From positions 159,880-223,879 of the IMG/VR virus record IMGVR_UViG_3300035698_007246: a stretch of DNA of 64,000 nucleotides, one strand, 5' to 3'. Under the pieces are notes generated by a model that was not told where the DNA came from, did no database searches, and was given only the letters and a program-made list of their open reading frames with translations. Every line of letters begins with the position of its first letter. Within the stretch, counting starts at the first letter, position 1. Of the stretch, positions 50,230 through 58,481 are shown in pieces. Both the position numbers and the translations under genes were made by a program.

Positions 50230-50532
50230 ATGTTAGTTGCTAACATAATTGGTTATGATTTTTCTTTTAAATACAATGGCGAAAAAGGCAAAGGGGTTAT
50301 AAAAATTCCATTTGACCAAAAACCATATATTATACCAGATGATATTGATTTAACACAGTTTAAAGAATTGAAAGAAGTTGTTGTCGTTGATACTTCTGGA
50401 AAAATAAAAAAAGAACCAACACCTGTTGATGAACAGAATGTTGAAAAAAAGGAAACCGAAAAACCGTTGAAAGGTGTGAAGATAAAGAAAAGAAAACGTA
50501 AAGTTTCTACAAAAAAGAAAAAGGTGAAATAA
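50230..50532 (+). CDS. Hypothetical protein with Lys-rich tail
   Basis: TATAAATA at 50181, GGAGG Shine-Dalgarno. Confidence 0.6.
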   Translation: MLVANIIGYDFSFKYNGEKGKGVIKIPFDQKPYIIPDDIDLTQFKELKEVVVVDTSGKIKKEPTPVDEQNVEKKETEKPLKGVKIKKRKRKVSTKKKKVK

Positions 50533-51297
50533 ATGGCACGTATTACAACGAAACAAGGACTTAAAGAATATATCTTATTACGATTAGGTCATCCTGTAAT
50601 TCAGGTCGAAATTGATTCAACTGAAGGTGGACAATTAGATAAAATAATTGAGGAGACTGTTCAAGATTATCAAGAACTACATGGAATGGAAGGTAGTTTT
50701 TTGTATCACACAAGTTTTCTTGTCTCGGCAGGTGTTGCTGAATATAATTTATCTGGACATGATATTGAAGCTGTATTTGATATGGATTTGGGTCTTGGAC
50801 TTTATGGTATAAATGTTCTGTTTAGCCCAGAACACATTTTGTTGTATGATGAATGGGTACGTAAAGGTAATTATCCGGGAGGTCCTGGGTCGAGAGGCAC
50901 AAGCAATACTGGATTGGTGTTATCTGAATACCAAACTTCCATGCAATATTTGAAACAGATTGATGTTATGTTTGGAAAAGGCTATACTGGTCAGTGGCTT
51001 AACGGACCAGAAATATTAAGGATTCTCCCCCCACCAAAACAATGTGGTATTGGTATGTTGGCTGTATATAAACGTACCGCTGCTGAATATCTGTATAACA
51101 ATAGATTGGTGAAAAAGCTGTGCATTGCACGGGCAAAGATACAATGGGGAATCCATTTAACCAAATATGGTGTTACTTTACCAGATGGAATCACCATTAA
51201 TGGTCAGGATATGATGACTCAGGGTCTTGACGCTGAAGAAAAATGGTATGACGAGATTCGGAAAGAATCGCCTCCTAATGCGTTTTTTGTGGGGTAA
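50533..51297 (+). CDS. gp13: Neck protein (T4 gp13-like)
   Basis: LKEYILLRLGHPVIQVEI..QWGIHLTKY.VTLPDGITING..FFVG. Confidence 0.88.
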   Translation: MARITTKQGLKEYILLRLGHPVIQVEIDSTEGGQLDKIIEETVQDYQELHGMEGSFLYHTSFLVSAGVAEYNLSGHDIEAVFDMDLGLGLYGINVLFSPEHILLYDEWVRKGNYPGGPGSRGTSNTGLVLSEYQTSMQYLKQIDVMFGKGYTGQWLNGPEILRILPPPKQCGIGMLAVYKRTAAEYLYNNRLVKKLCIARAKIQWGIHLTKYGVTLPDGITINGQDMMTQGLDAEEKWYDEIRKESPPNAFFVG

Positions 51298-51301
51298 TGG
51301 A

Positions 51302-51673
51302 ATGATTTTAAATGAATTGCAAGATATGCTCTTGCGTGAAAATGATGATTACAATTATTTTGATTTTGGATTTGAAGTTGACTTAGATAATATTGATGTT
51401 GACAATTCCGAGTATCTTCAATTTTCAGAAATGTTGTCTGGAAATATAGATGGGGAACTTGGTGAGTTAGTAAATTTAGAAAGTGTTGTGTATGATACTA
51501 TACTTTCTGTCACAGGTCAACTTAAATTACCGAATGAGATAACGTTTGAATCATATAAGAAAACTGTTGGGGAAATTGCATTATATATCTATAATCACGC
51601 AATGATTGATATTTTAAATGCGTCAATTTCTGACATACATGTGAATTTTTTAGACGACACAGATAAATTTTAA
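51302..51673 (+). CDS. Hypothetical acidic protein
   Basis: ORF, ATG 51302. Confidence 0.55.
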   Translation: MILNELQDMLLRENDDYNYFDFGFEVDLDNIDVDNSEYLQFSEMLSGNIDGELGELVNLESVVYDTILSVTGQLKLPNEITFESYKKTVGEIALYIYNHAMIDILNASISDIHVNFLDDTDKF

Positions 51674-51689
51674 CAAGGGAGATTTTTAA

Positions 51690-51974
51690 ATGGAATTCGA
51701 ACAATTTCTTAAAGAGAAAGAAGAAGAAGTTCTTGGACAAGAACAAGAGGACATGAATGCTAAAGTTGTGGCTATCTTCATGGAAGGTGAGCCTGTTACT
51801 GTTGATACAATAACAGCAAAGGCTGAAGAATTTGAAATGGAAAAAGAAGAGCTTGAAAATGAAGTATATAAAGTTCTTTATGATACATTAAATGTTGCAG
51901 ATGAAGAAGAAGTTGAAGGTGAAGGTGGGGAAGAGGTCCAACCTGTAATGGATTATAAAGAAGAACCTGTATAA
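51690..51974 (+). CDS. Hypothetical acidic protein (possible internal head protein)
   Basis: N-terminus MEFEQFLKE; GGGAG Shine-Dalgarno. Confidence 0.6.
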   Translation: MEFEQFLKEKEEEVLGQEQEDMNAKVVAIFMEGEPVTVDTITAKAEEFEMEKEELENEVYKVLYDTLNVADEEEVEGEGGEEVQPVMDYKEEPV

Positions 51975-51989
51975 ATCGGGAGGACACTA

Positions 51990-52478
51990 ATGAAAATTTT
52001 TGAAAGAAGTATTATTGATGAAATTGATGGAATGATTAATGAAAGTTATCTTTTTGAAAGATATACATTCCAACCAGTGAGCGAATATAATGCAGATACA
52101 AATGTTTCATTTGATGTTTTTAATGGTGATGAGAGAATTGCTTCTGTCAGAATTGTAAAGACTGATGGTGAACCATTAGACGCTGTAAATGACACATATG
52201 ATTATGATGATGTCTATGCTGACGTTTCATTAGAACTTGCTGGAAAAGAAGATGAATATGACGTTGAATCCGTAAAGAAATGGGTTCTCGGAAAATTGTC
52301 AACAATGGGGTTTGATAAAAACCCAGCGAAAATTGATGACGAAGAATATGACGTTTCTAAGTATAAAGAAGAAATCGAAGATGAATCACCTGATAGAGAA
52401 TTTGATGACGTTAGAAGTGATGTCGAAGATACCGATGATGGAGAAGGATTTTCTTTAAGTGACTTAGAAGAAGAATAA
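51990..52478 (+). CDS. Hypothetical acidic protein
   Basis: GGAGG Shine-Dalgarno. Confidence 0.6.
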   Translation: MKIFERSIIDEIDGMINESYLFERYTFQPVSEYNADTNVSFDVFNGDERIASVRIVKTDGEPLDAVNDTYDYDDVYADVSLELAGKEDEYDVESVKKWVLGKLSTMGFDKNPAKIDDEEYDVSKYKEEIEDESPDREFDDVRSDVEDTDDGEGFSLSDLEEE

Positions 52479-52491
52479 AGGATAATTTTTA

Positions 52492-53400
52492 ATGATTACG
52501 TATTACTATCCACGTACATTAAGAAGTATAAGTGTTGCCATACTAAATATGTTTAATGATATGAAAGTCATTAGGTATGATAAGTATGGCAACCCGTTAT
52601 ACGAGAGACATGTACCTATAACATGGGGACCGGTTGAGAAATATCATCTTGACAGAATAGAAAACCATTACGTTGATAGTGATGGTGTTCAACATAACGA
52701 GAAGTATTATTTACAAATACCAAGAATGGCTCTTGTATTAAATGGTATTGCATATGATAGCAGTCGAGCTATTGGTGTGAATCAATGGCGTGGTTGGTTT
52801 AAAGAGTCGTTGAATGTCTCGGATTCAGAAATTGATGATATGGTATCCGATGGGGCTATGTCTATAACAGATTATCAACCAACACCATATAATTATAATT
52901 TCACATTACATATAAAAACTGATTCTACAGATTACCTTGCTCAAATACTTGAGAATATTCTCCCATATTTTAATCCAAAATTACATTTACGGGTTAAAGA
53001 GTTTTCATTTTTAAATATCGAAAGGGATTTGCCTGTTTCTATTGATGGTGTGAATCCAGAATTTGTTGATGATATGGATGAAAATGAGACAAAATTTGTC
53101 AATGCAACAATCAATTTGACGATTGAGGGTTGGTCTTATAGAAAATTTTTATATTCAAAAGTAATTAAATATATCAACAGAAAATATTATTTACAAGATA
53201 CAGGTAAATTTTTAGAGGGATTTAGTGTTAGTGGTGTCAAGACATCAGGTGCAACATCTGAGACCCCAGGAACACCTATCATATTGAGTGCTGTGCCACC
53301 TTTAGATAGTTATTATGTTAGTGGGTATTTTTATGACCCTAACAAAGAGTTTAATTGGTTCCAAACATATCATGATACAAGTGGGTTTGGGATATTTTAA
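52492..53400 (+). CDS. gp15: Tail sheath stabiliser/terminator (T4 gp15-like)
   Basis: YYYPRTLR..FNDM..VPITWGP..PRMA..YDSSR..PTPYN..QILENILPYFNP. Confidence 0.88.
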   Translation: MITYYYPRTLRSISVAILNMFNDMKVIRYDKYGNPLYERHVPITWGPVEKYHLDRIENHYVDSDGVQHNEKYYLQIPRMALVLNGIAYDSSRAIGVNQWRGWFKESLNVSDSEIDDMVSDGAMSITDYQPTPYNYNFTLHIKTDSTDYLAQILENILPYFNPKLHLRVKEFSFLNIERDLPVSIDGVNPEFVDDMDENETKFVNATINLTIEGWSYRKFLYSKVIKYINRKYYLQDTGKFLEGFSVSGVKTSGATSETPGTPIILSAVPPLDSYYVSGYFYDPNKEFNWFQTYHDTSGFGIF

Positions 53401-53409
53401 GGAGATATT

Positions 53410-53976
53410 ATGGCTTTGAGTGGAGCACCTATGGATGGTGTATTTGATGGATTGGATGAAGAGTTCAACACCGAATATGATGAAAATATAATTGTTCCTG
53501 AAGATGATGATATGGAAGAAAAGAATCTTCCTGTTGTTGCTAAAAGTAAAGCAGTACAAGTATCTGACGATGTTGTTATTGTTGGAACAGAATATGTATC
53601 TGATGAGATTAAAAGTCTAATTGATTCAAGTAAAAGTGTATTGGGTAGATTGGATTCTACTATTAAAATTGGAGGAGCACCACGATTGTTTGAGGTGTAT
53701 TCCCAATTAACAAATTCGATAACTGCCCAGATAAAAGAATTTAGACACATGCATGAAGCAGTTGCGAAAATTAAATTGGAAGAAAAAAAGAAGAATATTA
53801 ATAAAATAGAAACTGGTGATAATATAACATTTACGTCTGAACAAGTGCTTGATTTGATTATAAAAGAAAAAAATAGAAGTGAAATTGAGACAATTGACGC
53901 TGATTTTGTTGTAGATGATACTGAAATCTTAGATAAACATGATGATGAGGATGACGATAATGTCTGTGTTGTGTAA
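53410..53976 (+). CDS. gp16: Terminase small subunit (T4 gp16-like)
   Basis: APRLFEVYSQL motif; position between gp15 and gp17. Confidence 0.7.
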   Translation: MALSGAPMDGVFDGLDEEFNTEYDENIIVPEDDDMEEKNLPVVAKSKAVQVSDDVVIVGTEYVSDEIKSLIDSSKSVLGRLDSTIKIGGAPRLFEVYSQLTNSITAQIKEFRHMHEAVAKIKLEEKKKNINKIETGDNITFTSEQVLDLIIKEKNRSEIETIDADFVVDDTEILDKHDDEDDDNVCVV

Positions 53977-54403
53977 ACTTAAATATTTAATAGAGACTGA
54001 TGTCCCTGAAGAACATATTTTTATTAATGTGAGAAATATTGATGATGAAAATGAATCTTTTGTTACTGGTATTGAAAAATTAGAAAATGAAATTGATGAA
54101 TTAGAAATAGATGTCGAAAAACAAGACAACAGATTTGATTATGAGAAGGTCGTAGCTGGCTCAGAAGACATTGAAGTTGATGAAGACTACCATAGGATAC
54201 CTTTTGATGTTAAAGTGGCTAATTTGGGAGATATGGACATCTCTGAATTTGTTAAAGAATACATTGGTGGTAATTTATCAAATAAACAACTATCGTATGG
54301 TGAAGAGGGTGAAATTCAGTTTGAATTGATACCTGTCATGACAATGGTTAAAAAAATTAATGACAACCATGCACGATTTGAAATTGAATGGAATGTTGTA
54401 TAA
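53960..54403 (+). CDS. Hypothetical acidic protein
   Basis: GAGG Shine-Dalgarno before ATG 53960. Confidence 0.55.
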   Translation: MSVLCKLKYLIETDVPEEHIFINVRNIDDENESFVTGIEKLENEIDELEIDVEKQDNRFDYEKVVAGSEDIEVDEDYHRIPFDVKVANLGDMDISEFVKEYIGGNLSNKQLSYGEEGEIQFELIPVMTMVKKINDNHARFEIEWNVV

Positions 54404-54420
54404 AATTAAGTAGGTAATTT

Positions 54421-54807
54421 ATGTTTCAAGGTAATGTAGGATTGCGAGCTGAAGGTGAGCTGGTAACATATACAAAAGAAATAATTAATGAATATATTAG
54501 ATGTAAAGAAGATATAATCTATTTTGCAGAAAAATATTTTTACATAACAACAATCGATGATGGTAAAATAAAAATACCATTGTGGGATTTTCAGAAAAAA
54601 GTTTTAAAGGCGTTTATAACACCGCCTAAAAACAGAAGGCATATAATAATGATGATGCCACGCCAGCAGGGTAAGTGTTTTTTAGATACAACTATAGTGA
54701 AATTGAGAAACAAAAAGACTAAAGAAATCAAAGAGTTACCAATAAAAGAATTTTTTGATATGATTATAGAAAATTATAAAAAGACACATAATGATAAAAA
54801 TGCCTAA
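54421..54807 (+). CDS. gp17: Large terminase N-terminal fragment (85 aa) fused to the split-intein N half (43 aa)
   Basis: EYIRCKEDIIYFAEKY..LWDFQ..PRQQGK|CFLDTTIVKLRNKKTKEIKELPIKEFFD. Confidence 0.9.
   Translation: MFQGNVGLRAEGELVTYTKEIINEYIRCKEDIIYFAEKYFYITTIDDGKIKIPLWDFQKKVLKAFITPPKNRRHIIMMMPRQQGKCFLDTTIVKLRNKKTKEIKELPIKEFFDMIIENYKKTHNDKNA
54676..54807 (+). mobile_element. Split intein N-fragment (short, atypical)
   Basis: Block A CFLDTTIV begins inside Walker A GK|T. Confidence 0.85.
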
Positions 54808-54884
54808 ATAACTAAGGATGTGTTTTGGAAAATGTATAAATACTTCTAACTATAAATATAATTTAAAAATTTGGAGTATTAAAA

Positions 54885-56084
54885 ATGATAGAAGTTTATG
54901 TTTGTGAAATGTGTAAGATGGAATTTACAGTTAAAAGAGGTTTGAAAAATCACAACAAAAGATTCCACCCTGAATTGTTTGCATACAAATGTGAAATGTG
55001 TGGAGAATTAGCTGAAGATTTAAAAGGTTTATTGATTCATGTGACTAAGAAACACAAAAATGCTGAAGAATATTTTAATAAATATTTATCAGGTAAAGAA
55101 AAATGTAGATATGAACATTGTAATGAGGCTTTAGAATACAATAATAGGTTTAGTGGGTATTATTGTTGTCAGTCACATTATGAAGCACAAAAGAAAATTA
55201 ATAATGGTATTAAATTGAATTTTATATGTCAAATTTGTGGTTCTGGGTTCGAAGATGTTGGTGGATTACAGCAACATTTAACAAAGATACATAAATTTGA
55301 TGTTATTAAAAATAAAGAATATTATGATAAATATTTAAAAATAGAAAATGAAGGATGTTGTTTATATTGTGGTAAAGAATTAAATTTAGTTAAAAATAGA
55401 TTTACTGAAGGTTATATGAAGTTCTGTTATAATACAGAATGTAATGTCCGTTGGTATAATGAAAATGATAATAGAATTGATAAAATGTCAAATTCATTAA
55501 AACAGACACATCATGATAACCCAGAAATTTCTCCATTAAAAAAAGAATATTGGATGAGTAAAGGTTATTCTGAAACACAAGCAATTGAAAAAGTTTCAGA
55601 AAGACAAACAACATTCAGTAAAGAAATTTGTATTGAAAAATATGGTGAAGATGATGGTATTAAAAAATGGCAAGATAGACAAGAAAAATGGCTTGATTCT
55701 ATGCCAAGAATGAATTTTTCTAAAATAAGTCAAGAATTATTTTGGGGGATTTATAAACATATTAAAGATAGATATAAGAATGTGTATTTTGCGAGTTTTG
55801 TTGGTGGTGATAGAGATGATAGTAAAAATAGAGAATATCGCATAAAAACAAATAGGTCATATAGATTATTAGATTTTTATATTGAGGATGTCAATAAATG
55901 TATAGAGTTTGATGGAACATATTGGCACGGTGAAATAGGTAGAGGCAACAGAACTCGTGATGAAGATAGGACAATTGAAATTTTGGAGGTTAATCCAGAT
56001 ATGAAAATATTTAGAGTAAAAGAAGATGATTACAATAAAGATAAAGAAAAAGTAGTACAAGAATGTATTGAATTTTTAAATTAA
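54885..56084 (+). CDS. Free-standing endonuclease (C2H2-like zinc fingers plus Vsr/PD-(D/E)XK-like domain) between the terminase halves
   Basis: CEMC..H..H repeats; LDFYIEDVNKCIEFDGTYWHG; TATAAATA at 54835 and 54851. Confidence 0.8.
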   Translation: MIEVYVCEMCKMEFTVKRGLKNHNKRFHPELFAYKCEMCGELAEDLKGLLIHVTKKHKNAEEYFNKYLSGKEKCRYEHCNEALEYNNRFSGYYCCQSHYEAQKKINNGIKLNFICQICGSGFEDVGGLQQHLTKIHKFDVIKNKEYYDKYLKIENEGCCLYCGKELNLVKNRFTEGYMKFCYNTECNVRWYNENDNRIDKMSNSLKQTHHDNPEISPLKKEYWMSKGYSETQAIEKVSERQTTFSKEICIEKYGEDDGIKKWQDRQEKWLDSMPRMNFSKISQELFWGIYKHIKDRYKNVYFASFVGGDRDDSKNREYRIKTNRSYRLLDFYIEDVNKCIEFDGTYWHGEIGRGNRTRDEDRTIEILEVNPDMKIFRVKEDDYNKDKEKVVQECIEFLN

Positions 56085-56096
56085 TGGGAGTTAGAT

Positions 56097-56780
56097 ATGA
56101 ATAATATTGAAGAAATCTTGAATTGCGTCGATGATGTTGGATATTTTGCTAATAATTATATTCAGCATATAAATATTGATGTTGGTTGGAAACAATTTTC
56201 ATCGTATAAATTTCAAGACATACTGTTGAATTATATGCATAGTATTCCATATAAGAAAGATGTTTTAGTTGGGTTGTTACCAAGACAAATGGGAAAAACA
56301 CTTTTAGAAATTATTTATCTTATTTATTATGTAACTTTTAATAATCATAAAAATATAATATTTTGTGGATATAAAGGTATAGTATTAGACCGGATAATTA
56401 CTAATTTTTTAAAATCATATGAAAAATTGCCAGAATTTTTAAAAAAAGATATTGTGAAAGATGACAAACATAATATTAATATTGGTAATAATAAAATATC
56501 GTTTGTTGTTGCTAATTATGTGTTTGATGACGATTGTGAAGATGAAAAAATAGATTTAGGAATTTTTGATGAATGTTTTTTAAATAATGGTATTAGTAAA
56601 TTTGAAAAGATTATTATACTATCAACAAAAAATATAAAAAAAGAAAGTTTTGGTGACAATTGTTATATGGTTAAAATAAATTGGTGGGAACACCCATATC
56701 ATGATATTGAATGGAAAAATTCATCTGTACAAAATTTAACTGAAACAGTATTTGGTAGTGAATATGATAATCGTGGATAA
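56097..56780 (+). CDS. Terminase-ATPase-like paralogue with no intein and no nuclease domain
   Basis: YFANNYI..YKFQ..PRQMGKT..YEKLPEFL..IFDE..ILST..WWEHP..EW..FGSEY. Confidence 0.75.
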   Translation: MNNIEEILNCVDDVGYFANNYIQHINIDVGWKQFSSYKFQDILLNYMHSIPYKKDVLVGLLPRQMGKTLLEIIYLIYYVTFNNHKNIIFCGYKGIVLDRIITNFLKSYEKLPEFLKKDIVKDDKHNINIGNNKISFVVANYVFDDDCEDEKIDLGIFDECFLNNGISKFEKIIILSTKNIKKESFGDNCYMVKINWWEHPYHDIEWKNSSVQNLTETVFGSEYDNRG

Positions 56781-56786
56781 ATAACT

Positions 56787-57131
56787 ATGGGAAAGATAAT
56801 AGAGTCATATGGTGTAGATGATTGGGAAGTATTGACTGATGATGGTTGGGTAGACATCCAACAAATACATAAAACAATTAAATATGATGTGTGGAAAGTA
56901 AAAACAAAAAATCATTTTTTAAAATGTGCTGATGAACATATTGTAATTGATAAAGATTATAATGAGGTTTATGTTAAAGATTTAAAACGTGGTGATAGAA
57001 TAATAACTGAATCTGGTGCAGAAAAGGTTATATCTGTTAAAAAATTAAAATGCAATTCCGAGAATATGTATGATATGTCGATTGATTCTGATACTCACAC
57101 ATATTTTACAAATGGTATATTATCACACAAC
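56787..57131 (+). mobile_element. Split intein C-fragment (long)
   Basis: Block B CADEH, block F MYD, block G SHN followed by Thr(+1). Confidence 0.88.
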
Positions 57132-58403
57132 ACAACCATTTCAACGGTATATCTCTTGCATTACATGTTGTTTAATAAAGATAAAAATGTTGCTATACTT
57201 GCTAATAAAAAAGACACTGCTTTAGAAATTATGCAACGTGTGAAAATGGCATTTGGATTGTTGCCATTGTGGTTACAACAAGGAATCAAAGAAGGTGGAT
57301 GGAACAAATCATCTATCAGATTTGAAAACGGAATGGTGATGAAGGCTTCGACAACATCATCTGATTCTATTTCCGGGGATGTTGTCTCACTTCTATATAT
57401 GGATGAGTTTGCTAAAGTAAAACCTCATATTGCTGAAGAGTTTATTACTGCGACTTACCCTGTTATTACATCGGGTAAGACATCTAAAATTATCATGGTG
57501 TCAACACCCCTTGGAATGAATCATTTTTATGAATTTTGGACTAATGCAGTAAGAGGTCCAGAACGTGATGGGAATAACTTTTATCCAATCAAAGTTAGTT
57601 GGAAAGAACATCCCAAACGTGACCAAGAATGGAAAGATGAAATACTTAGAGATATCGGACCTACCAGATTTAACCAAGAATTTGGGTGTAAATTCTTAGG
57701 TTCAAGTGATACATTGATTGATGGGGATGTTCTTGAAAATATTGCATATAAACCATCTGTTGCCACAAAATGGGGTGGATTATTTACAATATTTGAAAAA
57801 CCTGTTGAAAAAGCGTTGTATGTTCTTGGGGTTGACTCAGCTAAAGGGACTGGAAGAGATAGTTCTGTTATTCAAGTACTTAGAATTATTGATGAATTTT
57901 CTATTGAACAGGTTGCGATATACCGATATAACAATATTGATACTCATAAATTTTCTCAGGTTTGTATTGGCATAAGTAAATATTATAACAATGCGTATAT
58001 GATGATTGAAAACAATGGTGAAGGTGGAGAAGTAGCTAACATCATTTGGTATGAGTATGAAGAGGAATGTGTTTTAAATTGTGATAAAAAAGGACTTGGA
58101 ATTAGGTCAACTAAGAAAAGTAAGTTATCAGCTAATTTACATTTAAAAAGATATCTTGAAAATGGTTGGTTACGATTAAATGACAAAGAGACAGTTGTTG
58201 AGCTGTCAAAATATATAGAAGTGACACCTAATGTGTTTAGAGGTGAAACTCGTACAACACATGATGACTGTGTAACCTCTTTATTATGGGGCTTATATTT
58301 TTTATTGACACCATTTTTTGATGGTAAAGATGTGGGTGTTAAGAACATAGACAGTAAGTATGATTTAGGGGATGATGACGCTCCTTTGGTATTTTTTTCA
58401 TAA
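56787..58403 (+). CDS. gp17: Split-intein C half (115 aa) fused to the large terminase C-terminal part
   Basis: ..CADEH..MYDMSI..TNGILSHN|TTISTVYLL..ILANK..LPLWLQQG..MDEFA..VSTPLGMNHFY..GVDSAKG..HDDCV. Confidence 0.92.
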   Translation: MGKIIESYGVDDWEVLTDDGWVDIQQIHKTIKYDVWKVKTKNHFLKCADEHIVIDKDYNEVYVKDLKRGDRIITESGAEKVISVKKLKCNSENMYDMSIDSDTHTYFTNGILSHNTTISTVYLLHYMLFNKDKNVAILANKKDTALEIMQRVKMAFGLLPLWLQQGIKEGGWNKSSIRFENGMVMKASTTSSDSISGDVVSLLYMDEFAKVKPHIAEEFITATYPVITSGKTSKIIMVSTPLGMNHFYEFWTNAVRGPERDGNNFYPIKVSWKEHPKRDQEWKDEILRDIGPTRFNQEFGCKFLGSSDTLIDGDVLENIAYKPSVATKWGGLFTIFEKPVEKALYVLGVDSAKGTGRDSSVIQVLRIIDEFSIEQVAIYRYNNIDTHKFSQVCIGISKYYNNAYMMIENNGEGGEVANIIWYEYEEECVLNCDKKGLGIRSTKKSKLSANLHLKRYLENGWLRLNDKETVVELSKYIEVTPNVFRGETRTTHDDCVTSLLWGLYFLLTPFFDGKDVGVKNIDSKYDLGDDDAPLVFFS

Positions 58404-58428
58404 ATATGTTTAGGTCAATGAAAAAATG

Positions 58429-58448
58429 TATAAATAATTATATAAATA
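58429..58448 (+). promoter_or_regulatory. Tandem T4-type late promoters (TATAAATA twice) upstream of the sheath gene
   Basis: TATAAATA at 58429 and 58441; the motif also occurs at 25101, 25380, 36172, 37854, 41405, 46391, 47812, 50181, 54835, 54851, 60377 and 62487; gp55 is encoded in the window. Confidence 0.85.
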
Positions 58449-58481
58449 GAAAATAGATATTAAATTTGGGAGGTAATTAAT

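Noticed and set aside
54808-54884. A further RNA leader copy before the terminase-associated endonuclease (also checked before the HNH at 42658)
   Set aside because: No GACA/TTTC/GATTA junction or P1 stem is present; only TATAAATA promoters at 54835 and 54851.
54808-56786. Group I intron interrupting the terminase gene
   Set aside because: Both halves carry complementary intein blocks with their own start and stop codons, and I could not see intron core (P/Q/R/S) elements.
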